A DNA stretch of 64,000 bases from Vicugna vicugna (lineage: Eukaryota): contig MU058844.1 in the NCBI GenBank assembly GCA_013265495.1, positions 8,431,260 to 8,495,259 of the forward strand, given 5' to 3'. The first letter of the stretch is position 1. Every line of letters starts with the position of its first letter. Positions 1 through 13,379 of the stretch are shown here, one piece after another. Both the position numbers and the translations under genes were made by a program. The notes beneath the pieces were generated by a model. That model searched no databases, was not told the DNA's origin, and saw nothing but the letters and a program-made list of their open reading frames with translations.

Positions 1-1230
1 ATCAGGGATCTAACTTTCTTCAATTCTACGAAGTTTGAGAGAGGTGAAGAAGCTGCAGAAGAGAAGTCTGAATCTAGCAGAGGTGGGTTCATGAGGTTTA
101 GGGAAAGAAACAATTGCTATAATATAAAAGTGCAAGGTGAACAGCAAGTGCTGACACACAATCTACAGCACGTTCTCCGGAAGATCTAGTTAAGATCATT
201 AATGAAGGAGGCTCCACTTAAACAACAGACTTTCAATGTAGAACAAAATGCCTTATAATGGAAAAAGATGCCATTTAGGACTTTCATAACTAGAGAGAAG
301 TCAATACCTGGCTTCAAAGCTTCAAAAGATAGGCTAATTTTCTCATCAGTTAGGAGCTAATACAGCTCATGACTTTAAGTTGAAGCCAGCCTCATTTACC
401 ATTCCCCAAATCCTAGGGCCCTCAAGATTTACACTAAATCTGCTCTGCCTGTGCTCTACAAATGGAACAACAAAAGCCTGGATGACAGCATATCTGTTTA
501 CAACATGGTTTACTGAGTATTTTAAGCCCACTGTTAAGACCTATGGCTCAGAAAAAAAAAGATTCTTTTTGAAGTATTATTGCTCATTGACAATGCACCT
601 GGTCACTCAAGAACTCAGGAGCTATACAACAAGATTTGTGTTGTTTTCATGCTGCTAACACAACACCCATTCTGCAGCTCATGGGACAAGCAGCAATTTC
701 GACTTTCAGGTCTTATTATAAAAAAATATATATATAAAGCTATAGTTGCCACAGATAGTAATTCTCTGATGGATCTGGGCAAAGTAAACTGAGAACATTC
801 TTGAAAAGATTTACTATTCTAGATGTCATTAAGAATGTTCATGATTCATGGGAAGAGGTCAAAAATAACCTTAACAAGAGTTTGGAAGAAGCTGATTCCA
901 GGCCTCACAGATACTTTGAGGGGTTCAAGACTTCAGCAGAGGAAGTAACTGCAGACGTGGTGGAAATAGCAAGAAAACTAGAACAAGAAGTGGAGTCTAA
1001 AGATGTGACGGAATTGCTGCGATCTCATGATAAAAGCTTTCCCAGATGTGGAGCTGCTTCTTATGGATGAGCAAAGAAAGTGATTTCTTGAGATCTACTC
1101 CTGGTGAAGATGCTGTGAAGACTCTTGAAATGAAAGCAAAGAATTTAGAATATTACATAAACTCCATTGATGGAGCAGCAGTATGGTTTGACAGGCTTGA
1201 CTCCGATTTTGAAAGTTCTGTGGGTGAAAT
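1..1230 (+). mobile_element. Tigger1 (pogo-like Tc1/mariner) DNA transposon fragment with degraded transposase
   Basis: Frameshifted ORFs 380..658, 580..792, 801..1070 and 1046..1408 give pogo DDE-like peptides ([60 protein letters not shown]). Similarity ends near gaaagttctgtgggtgaaat. Confidence 0.9.
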
Positions 1231-1767
1231 CTTCACAGGCAGAGTGAGTCACTCCTTTCCCTATGCCTCCATTGTACCTTATATATGTGTCTACTGTTGT
1301 AAGTTCATGTTACAATTACTTTTCTTCTTTTTTCATGGGTTATGTCTTAATTATCTTTGTAGCTTCAGAGTTTACTGCTATTGGCACAAGGGAGATACTT
1401 CAGATTAAATATTTGCTGATAACTAAACACTTTTAGTCTCAAAGGTCTTGCTTTTGCTGGCCTGTTTTGGAGAAATATCTAAGGATTTTTTTGGAATTAT
1501 CCTTTATCAACTTTCACTAAGGTTCTAGTTCAGTGATTTTCAACTTTACCCATCCAACAGCACCCCCTTTCCATCAAATCACCAATTTTATTGTCTTTAT
1601 TTCATTTATAATAGCTTGAATAAACTTTTTCATTCATTTGAATAAATGCTGCAGACCATGAAGAAAACATGAAATTTTAAAGACAATTTTGGAAGTTTTC
1701 TGAAATTTGGTGAGATATCAAAGTTTGGGACAGAAGGTAAAGGTTGAAAATGACAAATGCTCGAAGA

Positions 1768-2019
1768 CAGTGATTTTCAGCTGGGGGTGATTTTGCCCCC
1801 TTCCCTGTCAGGGCATTTTTGACAATGTCTGGAGACTTTTAAAATATGATAAAATGTAATTTTTAAATGTAATTAAATGTAATCATTTTGATTGTTCACT
1901 AGGGTGCTACTGCTGACACCTAGTGGGTAGAGGCCAAGGATGCGGCTAACATCCTACAACGCACAGGACGGCCCCCACAACAATTACCTAAGTGCTAGTG
2001 CTGAGTTTGAGAAATTCTG
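1768..2019 (+). mobile_element. MER20-like hAT-Charlie element
   Basis: cagtgattttcagctgggggtgattttgcccc...gacaatgtctggagac...tagtgggtagaggccaaggatgcggctaacatcctacaa...ttgagaaattctg resembles the MER20 consensus and has imperfect terminal inverted repeats. Confidence 0.8.
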
Positions 2020-2956
2020 CTCTAGGAGGAAATGTCCAATGCTGTCCTTCACAACTGACTACAGGACTTATGGACTAATATTTTAAGCTGTGTCTGAGCC
2101 ACATATATCTAGCTTTGGAATGATGACTTGTCTGGGAATGTTCTTGGTTTTTCCACATGTTTAACACGATTTCTTGTGACTAAGAATGTGTCAGGGCATG
2201 TTAGGAGATTTTCACTTCACTTGCTTGCATAGTTTTGAATGTGAAGAGATGTACTTTAAGAGATCAGAAACATATCGATGTGTACACCACACTTTCAATT
2301 ATATATAAAAGTTTGTTAATAAATGATTATGAGTTTAGTCAAAGATCTTTTAAATATTTCAGTATATTTAATATTTTAAATTTAAGTGCTTTTGTTACTT
2401 TTTAATAATTAGGATCTCATGTGAAAATTAATTCCATTTTTTAAATAAAACTATTCATAGATCTCTTTTTACTGTGCTTGTGGTCAAAACTTTCATTTTA
2501 GCCCTGCTACTTCATGATATGGGAGAAAAGTAATAGGATTCTGTTATTAGATCAGAAGTATGTCCGTGGTTTTAATAACTTATCCTATTTCCAGCCACTC
2601 TGGCCTGACAGACACAACTCTCTAAATTCCTCTCACTTAACATTGAAACAAACAAAAAAACCCAAACCATGTACTCACCTATCTGCTTTCTCTCACCCCA
2701 CTACCTCTTAAATGCCTTATTATGTCCTATACCTTCCTCCCTTGCCAGCTTGGGCTTCTTGTTCCTTTTCCTCATCTATTTTATTTGACATATGTTTTTA
2801 ATGAGTGTAAATAGTATTAAGAGAAAAATCAGTGGGGCACTGTTATTGCCCTTACTAGCTAGTAAAAGTAGCTTAAAAATCATTTAAGACTGATTTTTCA
2901 TGGTGATACTTATCTACATTAGCCTTTTTTCCTTTTGTTTTTAATTTCACATTTCC

Positions 2957-3218
2957 ATGTAGTGATGGTTAACAGTTGAGGTTCTGATGTAAGCTGAGTC
3001 TGTGTTCAAGTTCCAGCTCTACCAGCTGCATGCTCTCTGACCCTGGGAAAATGACTTGCCTTTTTCTGAGTCCCTCTTTCTAGATCATTACACTAGGAAT
3101 AACGATAGTATTTATCACAGGTGTTTTTGCAAAGAGTAAATGAGATAATGTTATGATGTTCTTAGCATAAGAACTATATCACATAGTAAGTGCTTAGTAA
3201 ATATTAGCTATTATTAAT
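2957..3218 (+). mobile_element. MIR SINE, near full length
   Basis: tRNA-like head (gttcaagttccagctctacc), core, and tail acatagtaagtgcttagtaaatattagctatt. Confidence 0.75.
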
Positions 3219-4601
3219 ATTTGAATCAGTAATATAATAAGCATATTAAGAAACATTTATTATGATTATTATTAGAAACAAACCTGGAAAAAGAAAGCCA
3301 GCAGGAAAAATAAGTAACATTCTTTCTGGATTTTTACTATTTGGTTTTTGGCAAAGGATAATATATTATTAGTTTTTGGCAAAGGATAAACACATCATTA
3401 GTTTAAGTAAAAACTTAGCTCTCTAATTGTAAAAATTATGCTTAGGTTTGTGATCTTGATATTAAATGTAAGACACAGAATTGAGACACGAAATAAATAC
3501 ATATACTCATTAAGACTAATTGGAAGGAAAACAAATCTGATTAAAAATATTTTTTAAAGACAAATAAAATAACTAGGATAACAGTGTCTATTTGTATTTA
3601 TTTATGCAAGACTAGAAGGATCTTCGTTTTGGTGACTAAATAAAAATATTTACAGGAGTCATATCAATTGCATTATTATAAGTAGTACATATACAAATAT
3701 CAGAATGATAAAAACTAGCATATTTAGTTAGCACTTACTGTGTACAAACATTGTTTTTAGAGTTTTATGTATGTTACCTCATTTAATCGTTCTTAAATCA
3801 TATGAATTAGGAATGCTTTTTAATAGCCATTTTATAGGGGAAGAAACTGATTAGTACCAGTCTAATTGCTTTAAGTAATAAAAATTTTAAGTAATAAAAC
3901 AACTGGGGACTAAATGGGTAATTGGTACAATATAACTTAAACATATCTGTGTAACTTTTCTCTTTCAAGAAATATATTTCATTCCTTTAACCACCTATAT
4001 TATTCTTTATTTCAATTTATAATCAATTCAAAATACCAAAGTGATCTAGGTTCAACTTAATATTTTAGCTAACAACTCATCTGAATCATGTCAAGAGTTG
4101 CTTTTTTTCTCAATGTTAGAATATTTATTACCACTAGTCCATCAGTTTACCTTTTTGTCTTCAACAATATGTTCTCAATTATTAGCTTGGGCCTCCTATT
4201 ATGTTATCACTTCCCAGGATTTTCCCATTCAAAGGCTTTTTGAATTGAAGATTTTTCATTTTAATTAGTTATACAATCTTTAAATAAATGCAGTTTAAAA
4301 CCTTATCTCCTGTTCTACTTAAAATTCCCATTTGTTCTGTTATCTCGTTTTCTCAAGTCTATTTTGACTTAAGAATTGGCACAATTTTTACCTGAAAAAC
4401 CTAAAATAGGAATCACTCTGGAGGTAAATGACAGCAAACCATCCATACTGACAGGAAAGGTGAATTGGAGTAAAGGTGACTGAAGTTCGGTTTCACAAAT
4501 AAGAGAAAAGTGCAAGGCAAATAACTTTTGTATTATCTCAATTCAAAATCCCACAGAAGTCCTCTTGTTTCTTATAAAGCAATGGGTAATCATATACCAA
4601 C

Positions 4602-4695
4602 CTTGGACTCATCTAATCCAAGCTTCTTTAGAGACTTTTTGACATAATCCAGAAAGGAAGAGGATTTGGCGTAAATTTTACCAACATGCCGATCA
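4602..4695 (-). CDS. METTL25: METTL25 coding exon 9 (gene continues beyond the left edge)
   Basis: tttgcag|TGATCG...TCCAAG|gttggt; 94 nt, phase 2-0; DRHVGKIYAKSSSFLDYVKKSLKKLGLDESK. No stop reached and no further exon recognised in 1-4601. Confidence 0.92.
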
Positions 4696-6435
4696 CTGCA
4701 AAAAAAACCTGAATCACTTTTTAGTTTTTCCAATTTAAATCATAGATCATTTAAAATTCAATCATAAAATGTTTTTAAATACCTTCTGTGTACATGACAC
4801 AAGCTCCACATGTGAGAAAAATGTAGTAATATTTTTGTGAACAGTTTTAACTTATATATTATAAAAATATTCAAGATCTGCTTTTGAGAATTCCTTTAAC
4901 ATACAACAGTGGAAGACAATACTATGAGAGAGAAGTTGTAAACTTATAAAATTTAAAAAGCTGCATTTTTAAAGGGAACACTAGGTCTTTCAAAAGTTTC
5001 TACTGTGCTACAAAACACATTTTAATTTTACTGAAAGAAAGAGGAAATGTAAAGAGACAGCAGCTGAGTATAAAACACTAGATAATGTCAAGATATGCCA
5101 AAGGGATGAGTAAGAAGAAAAACACTTAAAAAAGGCAGATGAGTGTTCAGAGTAGGAAAAAGAAACTTAAGAGAAATGCAGTGTAATGGAAGACAATGAG
5201 GAAGAGAGTTTGGGAAAAAAACAATGATCAACACGGTCAAATGTGGCTGAAAGGTCAATGAGGCTCAAGAATGAAGTAAGTTTTAACATAAACAATATCT
5301 ACTGAGTAATACAGGCAGACAAGAATGTGGAGGGTTGGAGAGATCTGAAAAGAAAGGTTCAGAAAAGACTGTATGTAGATGATTTTAAATGGTCATTAAG
5401 AGAACAACAAACATATTAATGAAAAGATTCCAGGTCTTAAAGGAATACTTGAGGGGATATGAATTTGCACAAGGTTACCATCTTGGGGTGACCTCAGAAA
5501 AGGAAGATAGTTTTTGGGAAACTGAGAAATTCACTTTTAGACATTGTAAAGATTAATATATAAATATATTAATATCTAAAAAGCATGCAGACTGGGATAC
5601 AAATTTGGGAGTTACCTACATAGAAATGACAACTGAAACCACCCCTATATATAGAGATATTTGTATGTCATAATTTCTTTCATTAAAAATGGATTATTTT
5701 TTCTTACAAAGAAATTATACCGTATCTGAAAATAGCTCCTATCTCTGTTATTAAGTGTGGACTCATTTTTGAGAATTTGAAAATCGCCCTATATTAATTT
5801 GAAGAGTAATCCTATTACAACCAAATGGCTATCAGAATCCTAAAATTACAATTAGTAAGAAGACATTCATGAAACTTGAAGGGATTTTCAATGGATGCTT
5901 GAGTACAGGAGCTGCTGAACCAATATTATGAAAAATTCTGCCACCCCTTGCCTCTCTGTATAAGAAGTCACTATCTGGGTAAAACAGAAACAAAACAAAA
6001 CATACGCAGGGCTACTGTTCCACCAGTAGAGACATGAATGGCCACAACGGCTATTTAGGATTGATACCTGATCTAATTAGCTAAGTGGTTATGAAATATT
6101 TTAAATATAACTCCTGTTCATATTAAAAGATTATATTTACTGAGTTACTTATATATATATTTCAGTACTTCTTAAATTCTAAAGTGCATTTTATATATAT
6201 CACTTTATCATTACAACAACCTTTCAGGACAAAAGGGAATCATTAGAGCCTTCACTTTAATAACGATTAACCTAAGGTACAGTTGCTGCGTATTTCTTTG
6301 TTATTTCCTGATGATGCTCAAATTCAAAGCTGCTTCTACCAGTAACAGTGACCCTGAACAAATTCACCTGAAAACTAAAAGACTTTTCACTTACAATACA
6401 GGATTGTTATTCTTATTGAAATAAAATTCTCATAC

Positions 6436-6509
6436 CATTTGGTGATGCTGTAGCAGTCTTTAATGATATCCTGCAGGACAGCACGATAGAAAAGGGACTC
6501 AGAAGGCAG
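6436..6509 (-). CDS. METTL25: METTL25 coding exon 8
   Basis: ttttcag|CTGCCT...AAATG|gtatga; 74 nt, phase 0-2; LPSESLFYRAVLQDIIKDCYSITK(C). Confidence 0.93.
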
Positions 6510-8579
6510 CTGAAAAAAAATGTAGAGATACGTGAGCACAAGAAACAAACAAAAGCAGAAATCAGATTAATCCCTGAGAGTCAAGACCATAAGTGAATGT
6601 TACAAAGCTGACTTTGTTGCTAAACATAGGAGATAATTTTATAATTTTTCTAAATTAAAATGTACTGAGGCTAATTCTCATTGAGAAAGTAATTCTGCAA
6701 GAAAATAGAAGAAACTAGAAAAAAAGTAGTAGTGAATGAGGAAGAAAAGGCATAATTAAAGAAAAATTAGCTAATGTCCCAAATGCAGATAAAACATAAA
6801 AACATGAAATAAATTTTCACAACCAGCCAAGTCGGCTCTATACAAGAGAACAGATAGGCAGGATATGTGCAAACAAGAAGAGAATGTGGGTCTGCCCTAA
6901 TGGTGATGGATTAGAGACAGTATTACCTGGGATTCACACCAGAGAGAGAAGGTACTACCCCAAGTAAGGACATACTAAAAAGATGTCTGAGGCCTAACAC
7001 AGCATTGCCTACTACAGAGTTGAAAAGAAGGGCTTTAGAGAGGACATGAGCTCAGAGACTGAAGCCTAGGCAAGGCTCCACTTCCTGGGGAAAAAAGAGG
7101 TGGGAAATGTCCATGAAGGTGCAGAAGTTTTTGAAAGGAAGGAAGGAATGGCTGAAGAGAAGGACTCGAATGAAGCATAACAGTTTCAAAGAAGTAGAAG
7201 GTGAAAAAGGGACTGTACAGAAAAGAGAGCTTCATTGTAGCAAATACAACTCCTTGACTTGAAATAAAATCTCTGACTTCTAAATCTTCCTTTCCTGAAG
7301 ATTTCTCCAAAACATTTCATTCAGAATTTCCCCTCTCGGGATATATTTTTCATTTGACATTTTTCCATCTTAAGTAATTCTTTTCCATAATATCCCAAAT
7401 CTCTGTTTTACCATCTGTCCCCCATGTCCCCCAAAATCCTATCAGTTCTCTCACAAAAATGCTGAAGTCTCTTTTCATATATTAACACTTACTTCTATAT
7501 TATTCTATTGAAATTCAAGGTATTTTGGGAAATATATTATTACATGAAGTGCAATATTAGTATTATAAATGGCCTACAAAGTTCTTAACTTATTATTTGA
7601 TTAGTTATAATAGATAGGAACTTTAATTTTATGGGAAATGCATGTGAAACTCCTAAAAATAGTCGAATTGTTATTTGAACTGAGAAAGCCTGGCTCTGAT
7701 GTCCCTGTCGCAAACCATGATGTTATTTTGCCTCTCTGACACTTTGGCAGGGAAGGGGTGTCGTTAATCTTTTTATTACATACTTTCATTTAGGAAAGAA
7801 GAGAAAAAACTTCTAAAAATAAAGCTCTCCTTTTCCATGTCTTTGAGAAAAAATACATAAAATAAATTTAGAAATAAATGTGTATTTATATTGTACTGAT
7901 TGTAGAAAGACCACAAAAAAAAAGACCAAGAAATGTGTTTTAAGCAAGAGAACATACAAAAATGGAATGCAGAGAGGAATACAAACACAACAGAATAAAG
8001 CATCATTCCCAAGTTACCCTGAGTAAATAAGAGCTTTACAGCTGTTTCCTAAGACAAAGGAAAGAGAGCTATGAAGTGCTGTCGAATGCACACTCCTGGA
8101 ATAATCAGGACTATCCATCCTGGTAAATACAGATGGAGGTAAGTGGGAAGGAAGTCAGCATCTCTCAAGCAGCCTGTGCCTGACTACTCCAGGAATAAAC
8201 GAGACGTAACTCAAGAGTTTACTTTCTTTCCTTCACAAGTGATAGATCAATTTAACATTTTAATGCATTTTAAATGGGAGGGAGTAGAAAGAGTACAGCC
8301 TCAAAGTATATCTATTAGACACGCATTTTACAGGTCTAGTGAAGAGAGCACTAAGCTGGAAGTCAGAACTCTGCAACAAATTAACTGAGCTAGAACTCAC
8401 TGTTAAACTGCTGTGTATCATATTCTTATGTAAGTTTAGGGAATATCCAACTCATAAGATAGACATAAACATAAGCTAACACTTGGGAAATTGTAAAACA
8501 GAGCACAAATGCATTGGGGCATTATTATGATAACAGCTCTTTCCTCTTTCAGACCCCTAAGGAAACATTAAGTTGATCT

Positions 8580-9065
8580 GCACTATGGTAGCTAAAAGCT
8601 TGGGCTCCAGAGTCAGAGATTCAAATCCCAGTGTTCACTACTTAATTTCCTCATGTGTATCATGGGGTATACTTCCTATCTCATAGGCTATGTTTGTGGT
8701 ACTTTAACTGATGAAGAAAACTTTCAACAGTACTTTGGTAAGCACTGTGGTAAATTTAACTATTATTTTCATGATCATAACTATTAACCACGTATAACAG
8801 CAATAACAGTTGACAATTATTGAGTATTTACTATGTGACAATTACTGTTTTAAGCATTTTATATCTTTCAGTCACTGAATCCTTGCAAAACTCTAGGAGG
8901 AAAGTATTATTGTTACTTTTATTACTATTGCCATTATTAGTACTTTATAGATAAAGAAATTAAGCTATGGAGAAATCATGACACGTGTCCAAGGTCACTA
9001 AACCAGTAACTAATGAAGACAGGATACAATCCAGCAGTTTGAGACTAAAGCCTATACACTTAAAC
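8580..9065. mobile_element. Two adjacent MIR copies in opposite orientation (+ ~8580-8765; - ~8810-9065)
   Basis: gggctccagagtcagagattcaaatccca...tttcctcat on plus, then ttattgagtatttactatgtg...tttatagataaagaaatt...gtccaaggtcac (reverse MIR). Confidence 0.65.
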
Positions 9066-9915
9066 AATATGCTCCAAAGCCTTTAAAAAATCAATTTTTA
9101 TTCATTTTTAGATCATAACAATGGATACTTAAATATACACACACACACACAGTTCTTAATATGATGTCTGGCCCAAGTAAGCACTCTGTAAATGATACTT
9201 GTTCTACTATTTTTAAAAATTCAAACTGACATATTAATGCTCTCTGAAAAGAAGCAAAAGAGAGATTTCTAAAATTTAGGTCCAACAAGAAAACTCAAAT
9301 AAAAACTTTTTTTAAATCTCTAAAAAAACTTTATTAAACCTCTATTTAAAAAACTCTAAAATTCCTAATACGTTTCAGGAATCATAAAGTAGAGGACATG
9401 GCAATTACATGAATACCTGGGGGATATATTTAACATGTTTATATGTGGAAACCCATTTGGCTGTTGCAACTAATGACTAACGAAGTCAATAAAGAAAAAA
9501 GTTAAAAAACAACCAACTGAAATGTGTGTTTTGGACTATAGTTAAAAAATAAATTGAAGGCTATACCTTGTTTATCTTTTTTGAACTAAGCCCATAAAAG
9601 CCTACAGTCAGTGACCACATTCTTTAGAAATATTTATAGACTATTTAATGTAATATGAAGAAATGAGACAGCAGTACAGGAGTATACTGTGGAAGTTTTT
9701 CTAAAAGTTCAATATACTTTTCCTGAAAGCTCATTTCCCTTTTAAAAGTAAACTTACAGAAAATGTATAAATTTGAATATGAAGAAGTGACAAGAAGAGG
9801 TGATATTTATTAAAATACATCAGGTTTTAAGTTCATCAGCAGGTCAAGTATGAAGAGTACTTTGGGAATAACTATCACATTCATCAACTGGATTAGAGTA
9901 AACACCCTTACTTAC

Positions 9916-9945
9916 CCCTTGGCCAACTGCAACGCGTTCCAATGC
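9916..9945 (-). CDS. METTL25: METTL25 coding exon 7 (30-nt small exon)
   Basis: taaag|GCATTG...CAAGGG|gtaagt; 30 nt, phase 0-0; ALERVAVGQG, bridging exons 6 and 8 in frame. Confidence 0.9.
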
Positions 9946-10494
9946 CTTTAAGGAGAAAAAAAATAAGACAAAGACTGCTGATATATTTAGTCTTATCTTA
10001 TAAGACTTATAAACACACTATATAAGGGCTTATAAAAGTGACATTTAAAAAGATAAATTAAGTGACAACATATAAGTTTATATACTTAAAAGTGTTAATA
10101 TCATTAAGGAATGTTAACTGGTCCACTTGTATAATTTAGGACTGATGTATGGGTATGTGTCATATACACACCCCAACTCTACACACTCCTTGAGTTTTAG
10201 AAGGAATTAGAAAATACGAAAGAAACAAAATGATACATTCTTGGCTCACTTTTATTGTAGCTAAAATAATCAAATAAATCCAAAGTTATTACTGTGCATA
10301 TATACATATAAATGTATTTATATACTATTTTTAACCTATTTTCTTCCAATTTTTAATAAATATAATTTCATCTTTTATTAAACAAGATTATATTGAACAC
10401 ATTATAGTTGAAAGTTTAGAAAATTACTTATATTTTTGGTCTGTATGGTCTGCATTTTTGTTTCGTGGATATAGTATGCCTTTATTTCTAAGGA

Positions 10495-10552
10495 TTTTAT
10501 TTATTTTATTTTATTTTATCTTATCTTATCTTATTTTATTTTATTTTATTTT
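10495..10552. repeat. (TTTTA)n/(TCTTA)n pentanucleotide microsatellite
   Basis: Directly visible run of 5-nt units. Confidence 0.9.
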
Positions 10553-11722
10553 GGAGAGTACCCATTTCCTCCAAGTTGCTTCTTTTCTATTTGTTTATCT
10601 GATCTCTATTCTTCCATGTTAGACTTACTTAGACAACTAGTGGTTCTTGGCTGTCTGCTGACAATTAAAATGTGGGTATCATAAATGCAACTGGAAACAT
10701 TGTGCTTATGAGTGAAGACTATTAATTGTGGGCCTCACCACAAAAGTCCTGTTTCATTGTGAAATCCCTCACGCCAATATCTTTAGTCTTTTCTCTTAGG
10801 TTAGTCAGATTCCCTACAAAAGACTATTTCGATTTCTTGCCTAGGGTGTATAAACTGCCAGCAATCTGAGAACAAAGTCATTCCAAGAATGACCTGCCAT
10901 TCTAACAAGATCCTAAACAAGTATCATTTACAAATAAATAAAAGAACAAGGCAAATTCCCAGAAAAGCATTTAAGAGGACTTACAAAAGGGAATCATTGT
11001 TTGTGCATAAGTAGATTTCTAAGTTAATTCTCAGATACATGACCGAGAATACTGGCACACTATTTTTTATATTGCTGTGTTACTGGCATAGAAATGATGG
11101 ACCCATAATTAATCTTGGTGTTGGACATTAAAGACACCATTTTAAAAACTCTATTTTAAATTAATGATGACAAAAGTCCATTCACCTCCTTTAACTTGAA
11201 CCTGCTCCTTTTTAAACCAACGGAGAAGACCATGGGCTAAACTGTTCTAGATCTAAGGAGACTAACTTAATCAGGCGCTTTATATAAAGGTGCACTAAAT
11301 AGCTAATTCATATCCCAGGTAGCTTAATAATATTTTTCCTATTTTATAAAAAAACAGGAAACCAAATGATCTGCTACAAACACACACAAACATACCATAG
11401 AGCTGTGGATAAAGCACTAAAGTAATTCTTTGTTTAAGATGTGGCTGTTGGTACATTTTATATGATAATTAAAGTAATTATATGTAAGAAGTTAAGTAGT
11501 ATAATGTAGAATTATAGTATGACTATAAATTGTTACCACAGTGCATATAGAGTGAATGATGTTGGAAGGGCAAGTCATTTTTGCCTCATACTTTGCAATG
11601 CACAAAAGCATTAATGAGCTCAAAAAATTTGGCATTTAATACAGCCAAAAAAAATAAATAAATAAATTCTGCAACATCTGGATAAAACTCTCAGTCTAGA
11701 AGAAAAATAGTAATAATCGTAC

Positions 11723-11817
11723 CAAACATGCTGACATTCTGGCATTACGACCACAGAACCATCTCTCTTCCTTTAAATAGTGGCACATTGGAAATCCCCA
11801 CTTTTCTTGGGTATATT
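11723..11817 (-). CDS. METTL25: METTL25 coding exon 6
   Basis: ctgcag|AATAT...TGTTTG|gtacga; 95 nt, phase 1-0; (E)YTQEKWGFPMCHYLKEERWFCGRNARMSACL. Confidence 0.93.
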
Positions 11818-12984
11818 CTGCAGATGCGGAAAAAATATGGATTATTTAAATAAAATTCTTCCTTTTTTAGATAAAGTAAATAATATATTGAGAAAGCAAA
11901 TCAGCCACTGAGAAAGTCAAACAGTAGTTAAACATGGAAATGGTAATGTTTAATAGTTCATTCTCATATGCTAATTGAAAGCATATTAATATTATGAAAA
12001 TGGTATTTTCTCAAAAACAGCTGCTTTGTATTTAAGCTCCAGGTGTGATAGCAACCAACTTGCCAAAATTATTTCTCAAAGACTTAGCGAAAGCAATTTA
12101 AAATGGAAATACTTTTCATATTCAGTGTAACTACAGCAGGTAGGTAATGAGATATTGGACATTTACTGTTGACCTGATTTTCTAATAAAATGATTTATTA
12201 AATGTGACATTTGGCAGTTTATAATAGAACAATATTAATTTCATTCCTAACAATGTTGAAGCATCAATTTTTTTCCCACGATGTTCACTTTTCAGAAAAA
12301 GAACAGCTGTGTGGGCTTTTCTTTCTTCGTTATATTAACAGGCTGTAATATTTTCAACTGTGATTCAATTTGGCTCAGATGCATTTATGGCTCAAGTATC
12401 AATAACAAACAAAAGCAACATTCATTGCTTAATCACACATACCTGCTGCTCAACTCACTTACAGATTTACACATGTAATTCGCTGATTTTTAACCCTTTA
12501 AGTACAACTATTAATTTACACAGGGTTTTTGAAAAGGGAAAATAATTCTAATTTTCTATTATAAAATTATGATTACTTTTATTAATTAATTTTAATATAC
12601 AATTAAAATTTAATATAGAATTACTAAAATTAGAAAATTCTGTTCTAATATTAAATCAAAGCCTGGAAAATAAGAGCTTAAGTTTAATCAAAACTCTGAC
12701 AATTAAATATAAATATAAATATAAATTTTCTATTTGGTTAAAAAGTAAAGCAGAACTCAAAAACAAGAAAATGCTTCAAAAGAAAATATCGCTGAGGTAG
12801 ATTCCACTAAATAAACTTCTGTGCTATGAAAGATCAGATGACTTGATTAAAATAGAGAAAATTTAAATTTTGTGCAGATAAAAGCCTGTGATAGTGATTT
12901 CTCTCAGGTATTAAATTAAGATTTATAACATCTTACTGATAATCAGATGGAGGATATGGACCTTGTCCCAGGTATATAAATAAT

Positions 12985-13262
12985 AATAATGCTAGTATTT
13001 ATATAGCACTTAATATTTTAGGCACTATTATAAATGCCTTAAATATATTAACTAGCTTTAAATGTTAACAGCTTTAAATTCATTAACTAGTCCCCACAGC
13101 AATGGTATACCTATTGTATACTATTATTCTCATGTTTCAGATAGAGAAACTGAGCACAGGGAAGTTAAGAAAACTGCCTAAGTTGCAAATCCCTCACATG
13201 GCTGAGCTGGAATTTAAGCCCAGGCAGTCTGACTCCAGAGGCCATGTTCTTAACCACCAGGC
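12985..13262 (-). mobile_element. MIR SINE
   Basis: Reverse MIR core: ttctcatgtttcagatagagaaactgagcacagggaagttaag...gagctggaatttaagcccaggcagtctgactccagag. Confidence 0.8.
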
Positions 13263-13379
13263 TACATAAACAAGTTCACCTAAAACTGCACGGGAATCAG
13301 GGAGCCTGCAGTCCTAGTAAACTGCTGTTGCCTCTGACTGTTCTTATCTAAAGTATGTTAGCTTTTGGACTTTTATAAC

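Noticed and set aside
1..1408. Domesticated TIGD-like transposase gene
   Set aside because: Broken into four frames by frameshifts and stops, and truncated. An ordinary Tigger1 fossil.
8580..9065. Inverted MIR pair as a dsRNA/editing substrate near exon 7
   Set aside because: The copies appear too diverged for a long stable duplex.
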